Positions 42,001-54,000 of a DNA stretch of 64,000 nucleotides are shown here, in pieces. Under the pieces are notes generated by a model. That model worked only from the letters and a program-made list of their open reading frames with translations, searched no databases and was not told the DNA's origin. The stretch is taken from assembly GCA_028715415.1 (NCBI GenBank), contig JAQURX010000002.1, positions 119,144 through 183,143 of the forward strand, written 5' to 3'. The position numbers and the translations under genes were made by a program. The DNA comes from Candidatus Omnitrophota bacterium. GTDB taxonomy: Bacteria > Omnitrophota > Gorgyraeia > Gygaellales > Profunditerraquicolaceae. How positions within the stretch are numbered: the first letter of the stretch is position 1; every line of letters begins with the position of its first letter.

Positions 42001-45000
42001 TAGCAGCTAATGTTCCGACTCATCCTGGTGATAAAGAAGTTGGCTGGGCGAATTTTGATATCAGTTGGTTAATAAAGAATAAAGAAGGTTTTTATAAAAC
42101 CGAAAATTTATTTACAAGAGATACTTATGCCTTGGCAATATACCCACTTAGGGAAACATCAGATCCTAATCGGAAGTTTTTCCTCACTGTTGCTGTAATG
42201 CCAGGTGAGGTACAGTATCTGAAGGTTATCAGAGTTGAGCCTCCTCACGATATTTCCGCCTTTAGCGCATATCGCGACAGTGTTATTGCTTTTATATTAG
42301 GCAGCGCCTTAATCTATTTTATTTATTCTTCACTTGGATTCTATCCTGCTTTGGCAGTTGGCTTAGTCGTTCTTTGGGCAACAGTGCAGTTTTATATTAT
42401 TGGCCGTTCAACCTTTGAGGTAGTATCTGGTGAGTTGTTTTCAAGAATCTCAAAAATTGAGGTTGCCGATACGATAGATATACCCGGGAAGAGGCCTAAA
42501 TTCATTCCCGAACAAGATGCGATAAGGATGTCTCGAAAGCAGGCTTTACATAAGCCAATAGCTACAAGTAATGGATTTGTCTGGCAACAGGCTTTTGATG
42601 GATTGCATCCAATCATCCAAAAATGGATTTTGATCCATGAAACTGGAAGGTTACATCTTTCAGGGATGCTGAAAATTATCCCGCGGGTAGACATCCCGAT
42701 AGTTTGGTTATTCGGATACTTAAAGGAACAGACAAGAAATTGGTATAAACAAGAGCTCGCTTCTGCGGAGAAGGAAATATTAGATAATGTTTTTGAAAAA
42801 GCTAACAATTTTGATTCTAGATCAATTCAACCGCTAATTAAATTAGGGGCTTATTTCCGCTTGATTAGTTTTGTCGCTTCGGAAGTTTTTGAATTAAGCG
42901 TGATTATAGGAGCGGTGATTTTATTTAAAATATCATGGCCTATAGCAATTGTGTTATTTGCAATGCTTGCTATCTTTGGCTATTCCTTCGGAGGTATATG
43001 CCGGGAAATCACAACTTTTATCTGGGCAAAGCAAAATCCCGATGTGCGTTTTAATATTATTAAACGCTGGGCTTGGTTTACGATCCCCGGAACAAATATC
43101 TTCGTGATTAAGCCGGTATTATGGCAAATAAATAAAAATATGCGTTCAGATTTATCCGCTGATGGCGATTCTGAACTTACCAGAGAAATTGTAGATCGAA
43201 TTATCGCAAATTCTTCAAAATCCCGCGTCGAAAAGATTGAGGAAGTTAATATTATATTTACTATTCGGGCCTTCTTTGAAGAAGGGCATGATCCAGATAA
43301 GAGTAGCCGCGCGTTTATTTACGGAAGGATTGCCTGTTTATTAAGAAAAACAAAGACAGAGGTTTATGTTTTAAATAATTCTCCGCATTCAGGATATTGG
43401 CAGGTATCAGCTTTAGGTGCAGGGGAGCATTTGTTAAAAATATTTATACGTCAAGATGAAGATGTTAGAGCTAAAGCTATCCATGAGACGGCAGCTGCAC
43501 TTACTGCTATTTCCGGATATCCTACTTCGCATGAAACAAATTTAGAAATTGAAAATGAATATCTGTATTGGCATAAGACTATCCAGATTTGCCATCATGA
43601 AAATCATTTTGAGGAATTTATCTTTACAGAACATGCTTTAAACGAGATTTTAGGATACGAAAAAGGAAAAATAGACTTTGCTGGTGATAACTTAAAAGGA
43701 ATTAATCCTAATCTTTTAGTCTTTATTGGTTTCTTTGCAGGGGTATTTATCATAACCGAATTCGGCGGTTTCCCACTTGGGAAATTCGTTAAGTTTATAA
43801 TCAAAATATTACCAACTATACTTTTGCCTGTTTGGTTGGTTATGTTTTCGCCTTGGTTATATAAATTTTTTAGGAATGATAACCAGCTGCCGCCTAATGA
43901 TTCCGATCTTTCGGCTGAAGGACCGAATTTGATTACTGTATCAGAGAGAGATAAGTTGGTTGAATTAATGAATAGCAAAGGTGCTGGCTATTATAGAGTT
44001 TCTTATAATGGCGAAAAAGATTCAATTGTGGTTGATAGGGTTAACTATAAACAGGAAAGAAGGATTTATGGGAATGATAGATTTTATGATAGTGAGGCGT
44101 TTCAGGTGGTGCGAAATGCTTTAAAGATGGCTTATGAAGTAGTTAGAAAAAATGCTAATGAATATCCGGAAGTCCAGGAAGCGGTAGAAAATTTGCAAAT
44201 TTATCTGATAAATGAATTGCCCCAACATAAAAAAATTAAGATTGGAGAAGAAGGAGAAGTGATGTTTTTGGCGAAAACAAAACAAGGCCAAGATAGGCGA
44301 GTTTGGGTAACTCGGCTGGATGATAAAGCGATCCTGACAACCGAACTGCTTTTTAGTTTATTGGATGATTGCCGCAATAAGGATCATTGGCAAGGTAAAG
44401 GGTATATTCCGGAAAATATGGCTGTTGTAATGCTGGCAGGGGATATTGTTCATGAATTAGTTTGTAGTAATGAAGTTTTAGTGCAGCGATTACAGCCTGA
44501 TGCTAAGGTTGGTGTTAAGGGGTATGGAGAGTATGCACATCTTGAAGGTTTAAAAGCAGAATTAGATGTCCTTAAGTTTGCTAAAGATAAAAAATGCTTG
44601 CCTGAGAAGAATATTAAGAGTTTGTCTTCAGATATGATGGAAGCAATTAAGTCCGCCGAAAAAAGCATTAAAGTTAATCAGGGTAGGGATATTGATTTGC
44701 AAAGTGACAGCGGTTATATAGAAGCCAAAGAAAATTGTGGAGTTTCCGAGGAATCTATTAGGGAATTTGAGGAAGAGGCTCTCCAAATTTTGGAATCCAA
44801 TAGTTCTGATTCAGTGTTTTGGGGAATAAATACCCGGGTTTGGGATTCACATAGAATGTTAATTATACCAGTTATAGATAGTTATAATATTGAAGTCGGA
44901 CAAGAAATAGCAGTTGGAGCTGGAATTGCGGTAAATGTAATGAATATTTTTACATATTGGAAACAGGCTTGCCGTAATTTTATAAGTAAAATAGATAACG

Positions 45001-48000
45001 GAATTAAATTAGCAGTAGACGATATAGAGAAAATAGTTTTTGAACTGGGTTGCAATATCCACAAATACGGAGATAAAGGCATAATTACTTTAAGGATAAT
45101 ATATTTAGAAGACAGGATTGCAGGGGTTGAGATTGTTGCAAGGGATGTGGGAAAAGGTATTGGTGATGTTGAGCTAAAGAGGAGAAGTGCTTTTAGTGAG
45201 GTTAGTTTGAATATTGGCGAAGGAAATGGATTAAGGACTATTATTGGGTATCCTGAACCATCAATTTTTTCCAGAGAAGGCGAAGTCGTTTATGAAACAG
45301 GCGATGGCAGTATCGGCCGCAAATTTATTTATGACTCTGGTAAAAATGAATTCGTGGAATTTCCGGAAGGAAGCAGTATCAAGCAAGGTACTCGCGTCAG
45401 ATTAACGCTAATTAAAGGAAATCCCGGGAGTACTTTATTAGGTATTGTATTTTTGCCAATTTTTGCGTCTCCATCGTTTACTTTTCTAGTAAGTGTGGCA
45501 GCAATTGTCTTATGCGTAGCTATGCTTTTACTTCTTCCGCTAATAAGAAATACCTTGAGCGCTATAAAATCGAAAAATCCTTTATATAAAAATAAGTTAG
45601 AACTTGAAGCGCAGATTGCCGAAAAGGTAAGGGTTTTGTTTGGAAAAAAGATTTCATTCAAGGCCCTATTTAGTAGAAAATCAATTTCAGTTGAGCGGGC
45701 TCGTAGAGGATTTAGTAATTTTACAGTTAAGAATATTACCGATAAAGGGGAAGAATATCAGAAACTTCGGAGTTTGGTTAAGTTATTAGCGCAAAACTAT
45801 GAAGAAATAAGCGCGGCATCAGAAAAGAAGAAGGAAAAGAAGAAATACCTTAAGGCAGCGCTTGTTTTGTATGAGTTGCTTATGCTTTCTACCCCGGATT
45901 TTATTGAAAAGCATCATTTTTGCATTAAATCAGCTGATTGCCATAAATTATTAGGGGACAGAGTTGGCGAGAACACTTATACGCATGCAGCATACGGGAT
46001 GCTCCAATCAGCTAAAGATAATCCTCAATTTGCTGAATTAGAAAAACAGGTTTTATCCAGAATACATTCTGATAATCATCCTGTTCCGGAGCAAAGCCAT
46101 ATAGGCATAGATTCTATGGGCCCAGAAGAGTATGTTTTTGGGATAGGTGTAAGAATGACAGAAACAGCCGATGGAAAATTAGGGTTGATTTGTGATTTTG
46201 ATAGAAATATCCCAGTGGATAGATACGAGGCAATTTCACAATATTTAATTGGCCTATCGAAATGCTATGGCGTGGGGATATTGATTAATTTAAACAGGGT
46301 TGAAATTTGGCGTAATTTAAGCACCAAGTCAGCAGGCGACTTTGCTTTAGGTACTATGCGTTTAGATGAAAGATTATTGAATCCAGAGGCAAGGCCTATT
46401 TTATGGGAAACCATTTTCCATGAAGTGATGACAAGCCTGTTAGTGTTGATTGAGCCAAATCGCGGGGTGCGCGAAGCTGTAGCAACAAATTTAAGCATTA
46501 AGCATTATTTAAATCCGAAAGAATTTATTTTTGGTTCGCAGAATGCCCTGGAAGATACTTTACGATATCGCAGGAATTTTATTGTAGCATTAAACTCCGG
46601 AATCTTTGAAGTTGCTCAGCCGCTTCGTGAGTTATACGGCAGCATAGAAGCTGCTTCCGGTAATGAGTTCGTAAATATTAAAGTATTTGAGAGTATTAGA
46701 AGCCAGCCACGTTATAGCCTGGAAAAAGATAAGTTGGAAGAAATTGAGAAACAAGGCGATCCATATGAAATAGTCCAGAATTCAGTTAATTTAATGAATT
46801 GGTTCTTGGAACAAGTCAATACTGTTGATTTTGTCTGGAGATATATAACTAAAGGCCAAGCAGGAAAAGATAATATCCTTAATATTATTAACGCGTCTAA
46901 TAATGATAATCCTGTGACGGTATGGAACTTAATAGTTTCGTCGCTAATAGCAAAAAGATTTACTCAAAGCAGAAGAATGGATCAAAATGGATTAATTATT
47001 GCAAACGCGATAATTGTATTAGCCCGAGTTTATGAACGCAGAATTATATTAGAAATGAAGAAAACTATAAGCTATGAGGAGCTTTTATATTTGTCTTTAA
47101 TATTAAATGAGCAGGGCCCTGTTAAGACTGACCTTCAATTCTGGGCTTTGGAAAGAGGAGCGTTTAAAGATGTCACTGTAGCTATAGAAAAAATTGCAAA
47201 TTTAAGGGGTAAGTTGGAAATTCCCGAAGTCAGATTCTATAGGCGGTTACCAGCTTTAATAGAATTTGCTTTAGCGCCGAATACAGTAGTCCCTGAAGGG
47301 GCGCATTTGGTTGTAAGTGGATATGGCGATAGGTTAAGAAAGGTACGAAATGCACAAAAACTCACTAAACAAGAAGTCAGTTTTTTAACCGGTGGAAAAG
47401 TTGATGCCGGGCGTATTAAAAGATGGGAAACGGAAAGAGTTTTGCCTCAGATGGATTTGTTAAAAATAGTAACCGATGCATTAGGTGTGCCTTTAATCCA
47501 CATAACAGATAATGCAGGAGATGTGGATTGGGATATCTTGAGATTGCGAGCGAATCGCGCTCCAAGAATAAGAAAGGTAAGGGAATTATTTGGGTTTAAG
47601 CCTATTTATGTTGCCAAGGCTTTAGGTTCAAATGTCGGGGATTATGTGTTGAGGCTTGAAGAAGGGGAAATTTACCCTAGCTTAGAAGTCATTACAAAAT
47701 TAGTTTCAGTATTTAGAGATGAAGTGAGTGCAGAATATTTCTTGGTAGGCACAAACGAGCCTGATTGGACAAAAATAGGTGTTGTTGATGGATGGGAAGA
47801 GCGGATTAAAAATGTTATAAAACAACTTGATTTGAATGTTGTAAAGCTATATCTAACAAGTCATATTGATGATCAGCGTTTTAAACAAATGATGCAGGGG
47901 GTTCTCAGGCCTTCTGTTTTAGAGATGGAGAGAATTGCTGGATATTGTTGTATTCCTCCTGAATATTTGATAAAAGGCACAAATGAACCGGATTGGAGTT

Positions 48001-51000
48001 TGTTTGCATATATATTACCCGGATATGGAATGCGTATTCGTGATTTAAGAGAAAAAAATATGCTTAAGTCTTGTGAATTAGCGGAGGTAGTTGGAGTTGG
48101 TGATGATACTATTTGTGATTGGGAATTTGAGAGAAAAATTCCTTTAGATGAAAATATTACTAAATTATCTAACGTATTAAAAGTTGATAGAATGTATATT
48201 TTAAAGGCGCTAAATCCTCCAGATTGGGATAATTATGGAGTAAAGCCTGGCTATGGCGGGAGAATTTCCAAAGCAAGATTAAAACAAGGATATTTTATTA
48301 GAAATTTAGCAAAGTTAGCAGGATATTCTCAGAATACAATAATTGGGTTAGAGAATGAGGATATTGGGCTTAGCCCATTTATATCAGAGGTTCTTGCAGA
48401 AGTATTGGGAGTTACAGTTGATTACCTTGCGCGTGATAAGAATCCTCCGGACTGGGATAATTTTGGCATTACCAAAGGCTATGGCAAGAGGATTAGGCGA
48501 GCTAGGTTGGCTAAAGGGTTGGCTCAATGTGAATTAGGTAGAAGTATAGGTTTATCAGTTAGTAGGGTTGCGGCTTGGGAGAAAGAAGAGATTGAATGTC
48601 CGACACACGAAGCATTAGAGCGGTTTGCTAAAGCTTTGGATGTGCCGATTGAGTATTTAAAGAATGGGCAAAATGCGCCAACGTGGATAAAAGAATATAA
48701 GTCAAAAGGTGCAATCGCAGGATATGGCGCGAGAATATATAAAACAAGAATAAGAAATGGTTACACAATTGAATACTTATCAATATTAACAGGCATTGAC
48801 CTCCAGACATTATTGTATCTTGAGTTAGAAAGAAGAGATAGGGTTATACCAAGAAGAAATATTTTAAGTAAAATTGCAAATGCATTAGGCGTATCTGTGG
48901 AATATATTCAGCGATCTCAAAATCCTCCGGATTGGAAAACTTTCGGAATTATTAATGGCTATGGTAGAAGAATTAGAAAAGCACGAATGGCATTAAGAAT
49001 GAGTGGGGAAGAATTGGGATTAAGAATGAATATAACAAAAAGCAATGTTTACCAATGGGAGAGTAGAGAATGGGTGGCTGGTTGTCCTATACATGAAAAA
49101 TTGGTAGCTTTTGCTTCTGCCTTAGGGGTTTCATCAGAGTATATACGAAGAGCTACAGATGAACCAGATTGGGAAACCTTCGGTATTTCTCAGGCCAGCA
49201 GCATCCTTATTGGAATCCAGCGGGAAAACAAAGGCATGAGCCGGAAAGATTTAGCGGAAAGAATCAAGGTCAATGAAAAACAAATAGCCGAATGGGAAAA
49301 CAGATATTGCCAAGACCTGCCTACATACACTAATTTTAGGCTTATGGCCGAAGCGATGAAAGTGGATATTGAAACGTTAATCCATCTTCCAAAACTTGAA
49401 GAAGCAATCGGGTTAATTGATAGCCTAATTTATAAAGGCATGCATTTAAGCGCGAAATTGTTGTTGGAGTGTTGTGTTGATACATATGGATTATATACAA
49501 ATAAAGAGTTTTCTCATTATTACGTAAAGGATATTGAAAAGAAGCTGTCCAGAGATTTGAGTGAAAAGAAGAATTATTTGATCTCCCTGGGAGTAGAAAT
49601 AAATGATGAATTATTAAATAAGCCTTTACATGTTCTGGAATATCATATTGACCAGACAATTCTTTTGCCGCTTCTAAACGGAAACGGAGAATTTGATAGG
49701 CAATTGATTATGCCGCTTTTTATTTCGGAAACACTAGATGAGTATTGCCCACGCTCAACTGCATTTAGGAGTTTAGCGCGTTTGGCAGAAATTCAACCTA
49801 AAAGGCTTGCGGATAGATTTCTAACGTTATTGCAATTACCAAGTGGAAACGGCCATGGCAACCTGCCGCGAGATTTACTAAGATTTCTTAATACGCCTTC
49901 AGGAGGGGTGTTAATTAATGCTTTGCAGAAAGAAGGAGATGGGTTGGCGAGTTTTATAGAAACGCACAGAATATTAACTGAAAAAAGCAGTTTAGCTCAT
50001 GTTTTGCAAATCCAAGACCAGGCAGGGAATGGAGAGAAAGACCACAAAAAAGTAGATTCTGCTATAAAGATGTTAAGAAATGAAGGAAAGGTGAGAAAGG
50101 CAAAAGCTTCAGAAGTTGAAAGTAACGAATCTGAGAAAAAGTTTGCCGAAGAAACCATCGGCCTTGTTTTGGATAAACCAGTGCATTGGCATACCATTAA
50201 CGCTATCCCGAGAGAATTTCCATTTGGCGGGCATATACATCAATGCAAGAATCATTACGATATTTATATACGAAAGGATCTTTTGAAATCAGGAAAAGCA
50301 GCGCACGAAGTTACGGCCGGGCTTTTGAGAGATTGCAGCCCGGGAAGAGTGCATTCTGCTGCCTGTAGTGTAGAAAACGCATTCCGCAGTAAATCAAAAG
50401 ATTTATCTGAGCCCCGCGGAGAAAACAAAGAAGACTCTTTAACTTTCTCCGAATTAAAGATTAAGCAGCGGAATTATCGTTCGAATCCGCACCAGCCTTA
50501 TTGGTTTTTAGAAGTTGAGCATCCGCATTTTTATGCAACAACCGCGGTTTGCGGGATAGATTTTCTCCCTCCTGATTTACAACCGGCTTGCGGAGGAGTG
50601 GTGTTTAAAAGTATTAAAGGTTGTGATTTGAATAATGTAGCTCTGCGCAGAAGATCGCAGAAAGAAGCCGGGTATCTTGCTCAGGAAGCAGACCGTACTT
50701 CAGCTAGATATAACGGATACTCCCGCGGTGTCGCAACAGTGGTTGTCTCAGATGGAGAAATAAGCAAGAAGAAAGTTTTGATAGAATTATCACGGGCTTT
50801 TGCATCCAGAAAACTTTTAGGTTGGAGATGCATTGCCGCTCCCAGTTTAGGCACTACAGAAGAAGATAGTAATATTATTTCAGATACAGCATATGAGACT
50901 TCTTTACGTGAGTATTTAAAAAATTCAAGAGTTAATTATGTGACAAAAAGAAAGATAGAAAAGATTATTAGGGAGAAAAAATGGAATGAGATTGACCGTG

Positions 51001-54000
51001 ATTTACGCTGGAAATTAAGATTAGTTAAGCCGGCAGTAGGTTGTACAGAAGCTAAAGGTGGGTATCCACCGTTTGCATGGCTGTTGGGTGGAATTAGTTT
51101 AGCAGCTTCTATCCAAACCCTTATTTTGTTTAAAGGTTATGATTGTTTTGTAGATATTATGATAGATGGCTTCGGCCGAACAGGGCAATCTGTTGCGCGT
51201 AGTATTATTCATGATCTGCCAGAAGAGGTAAGGATTGTAGCGGTAAGGAGTAAAGGGGAGAATGCGCAAGGGATTGTTAATCCAACGGGTTTAAATAAAA
51301 TCAGCCTGTTAATGTGTGTGCCGGAAGTAGAAAGAGGGCAGGAAGTTTGTTTAAAGTCATGTTATAAAAGTGAATGCCAGGCTGTGCTAAAGCCGGAATT
51401 TTTCAAGCAAAAAGCAGACATATTGATTCTTACTGACCGCACGTGCAAGATTAGGTATAGAGATTTAAAGGAAATTAAGGCAGATATTATTATAGAAGCA
51501 ATCCCTAATATTCTTTCCCGCAGGCAGATAAATTGGCTTTCCCGCCATGGCAAGACTTATTTTTCTTCGCTTTGTTTTGATGGAGGAATAGCGTTTGGGA
51601 ATAATCGGGAGGAAGTTATACATGAGGATTGTCCGCAGGAAACCGAGCATATTGATAATATGCGTTTACATGTGCAAACCGGAATTAATGAGCTAACAGT
51701 AGCAATTATGTATGATGCCTTGAAAAGGCGTGCAGCTGCAGCTAAAAGATTAGGAGTTGGCAGAACCCTTCCTTGGCAAGCCGGGAGAGTGTTGGCTAAA
51801 ACAATACGCCGGAACGAATATGAATTATGGAAAGAACTGCAGGCAATAACAACAAAACAAAAGAAAATTGATTGCGAGAAAATAATGGATTGGAAGGATG
51901 GATGGAAAATAGCGAAACATCTTATTCCTTGCGCCAGCCCTAAATTAATCCCCGTGTTGAATTTAGCAATTCAAAACAGCCGTAAAGGAAGAAATACCGC
52001 CTTTGCAATCTCCAGCGCTATAGCTGAGGTCGCGCGGCAACAGGCGCTCTATGACGATAACTCACCCGAGGAAGCGATTATTATTTTAGAAACTGATCTT
52101 ATGCAGTTGTTATTTTCTGTCGAGCAGATAGCTATCAAGTATAAAGGTAATATTTCTCCAGAAGATGTCATCGCCGAATTAAAGATAACAGATTCTTTCA
52201 GGATTGATTTAATTGAAAGATTGTTTGTAGAATTTAATAAAGGAAAATACTCCTGGCCATTAGCTGGAGATGATAGAGAAAATATCCTTATTAGTTTAAG
52301 AGGGTTTGAGGTGATGCAAAAGAGGGTAGCAGCTTTTAGATTAACGCGATTAACTCGTCAATTGGTAGAGCTCGGCCTTTTGCCCCGGGCAAGAGGCGTT
52401 TTACTAAAACAATTGGAAGATGCTGATGATTTTCATGTCCGCGAGGATTCCGCGCATGCGTTAGGATTTCTTCTTCTTGAAGAGAAGAATAAGCAGGCTC
52501 GGTGGGTGATCGCTGAAGCTTTGTTGCATGCGTGTTCCGACCGCAGTGAGGCAGTAGCTTTATGGGCTCATTGGGCAATTTCTATGGGCGTTACCGTTAA
52601 AGCAATAAATCTGGATGAGTTATTAGTAGATATTTCTGATGAGATAAGAATGATTAAGGATGAAATTCGCGGAGTAGATTTGAAGCGTAGCCAAAAAAGG
52701 AATACTCCCGATATTTTAGGTTATTTATATGAGATGAAAGCCAACATATGTGCTTTAAAAGACCAGAAGAAGCGTGCGTTACAAGCTTATAGGTCTGCAC
52801 GAAAACAGTACAAAAAAATGGAGAAATTGATACATGGCCCGTTAGCATTAAAATGTTCTTTGTCTTTGGCCAAAAGTTTGCAGCAGGCAGGCTATAGATC
52901 ATTGGCGATGAAGGAATTTCTTAGCCTGGTTAATCCTGAACAGATGAAAAAACATGCCGGGTATTCAACTATATTTGGGAAATTAGGCGGGCAAGAATAC
53001 TGCCTTTTGGCGCTGGAAGGCATTTTGCATATATATTCACCTATGACTCCGGAAGTTAATATACAGGTGGCAAAAAGAATTAACACTTTATTGGCTTGTA
53101 TAAGCGAAAAAGGTTGGAAAAATGTAGATTTAAAAAAGAAATTTAACCCTCTAGTTGAGATATCAGAACTTATGGTTGCGGATTTATCCGGGCAGGTGGT
53201 TTCTTATGCTCATTATCTAGGTTTGATTCTTATTTATGGAAGTGAAGTCTTTCATAGTGAAGGGTGGGAGAAAATTCAGTATGTGATAGAAGATGTTTTA
53301 ATGTATGCTGATTTAACTGATAAGAAAAATAAAAATCTTCCGGATGTAGCAATAATTTCACAGCTTAATTATAGATGCAGAAAATATAAATTAAACCCGA
53401 TTGAACATGATTTATTGTTTGGGATATTCAAAATCCTAAAGATTATTCAATCACGCGTATTTACTTTCTCAGACGAAGTTGTTTCCGGGGAAAGTATTTT
53501 CTCTTCTCGTAGCCAGGTCTCAATGAAGTTGAGATTTAGCAAAGGAAGATTCCAAATAGAACAAAGGGGGTTTCCTTTATCAAGATTATCCCCAGATGAG
53601 AGGGAGGAATTTAATAGTATACTGGGTTTTGTAAATCACAGCATACATGCGCCTCCGGAATATGATCCGAGTTTGCGTTTTTCTCCGAGCCACACCTCTG
53701 TTTGTAATCTTCGTTTTGTTTCTCACATAGATTCTGTCCAAGGTAGAAATCCTTCCATTGTTTATTGTCCTGAGATGCGCACTCTTTATATCAACCGTAT
53801 CCTTTTGGATAAGCGCATTCCTTATAATTACAAACAAGTTGCTTTCTTTGAAGACGCAGTCTTGCATATGTTTTATGGTTTGGATGAAAAGGAAGCCAAG
53901 CCGTTATTGCGGCGGTTTATTCAGGATAATATGCTTGCAAGGCCGCTCGAGGTGTTTCTTGTAGACCAGCAAGGAGCTGGATTATTAACTAACGCGCCGC

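Noticed and set aside
47310-49390. A periodic structure of about 230 bp as a CRISPR-like or non-coding tandem repeat array
   Set aside because: The repeats are in-frame and diverged at the DNA level, and each encodes a complete XRE-type HTH domain. No short direct repeats with unique spacers are present.
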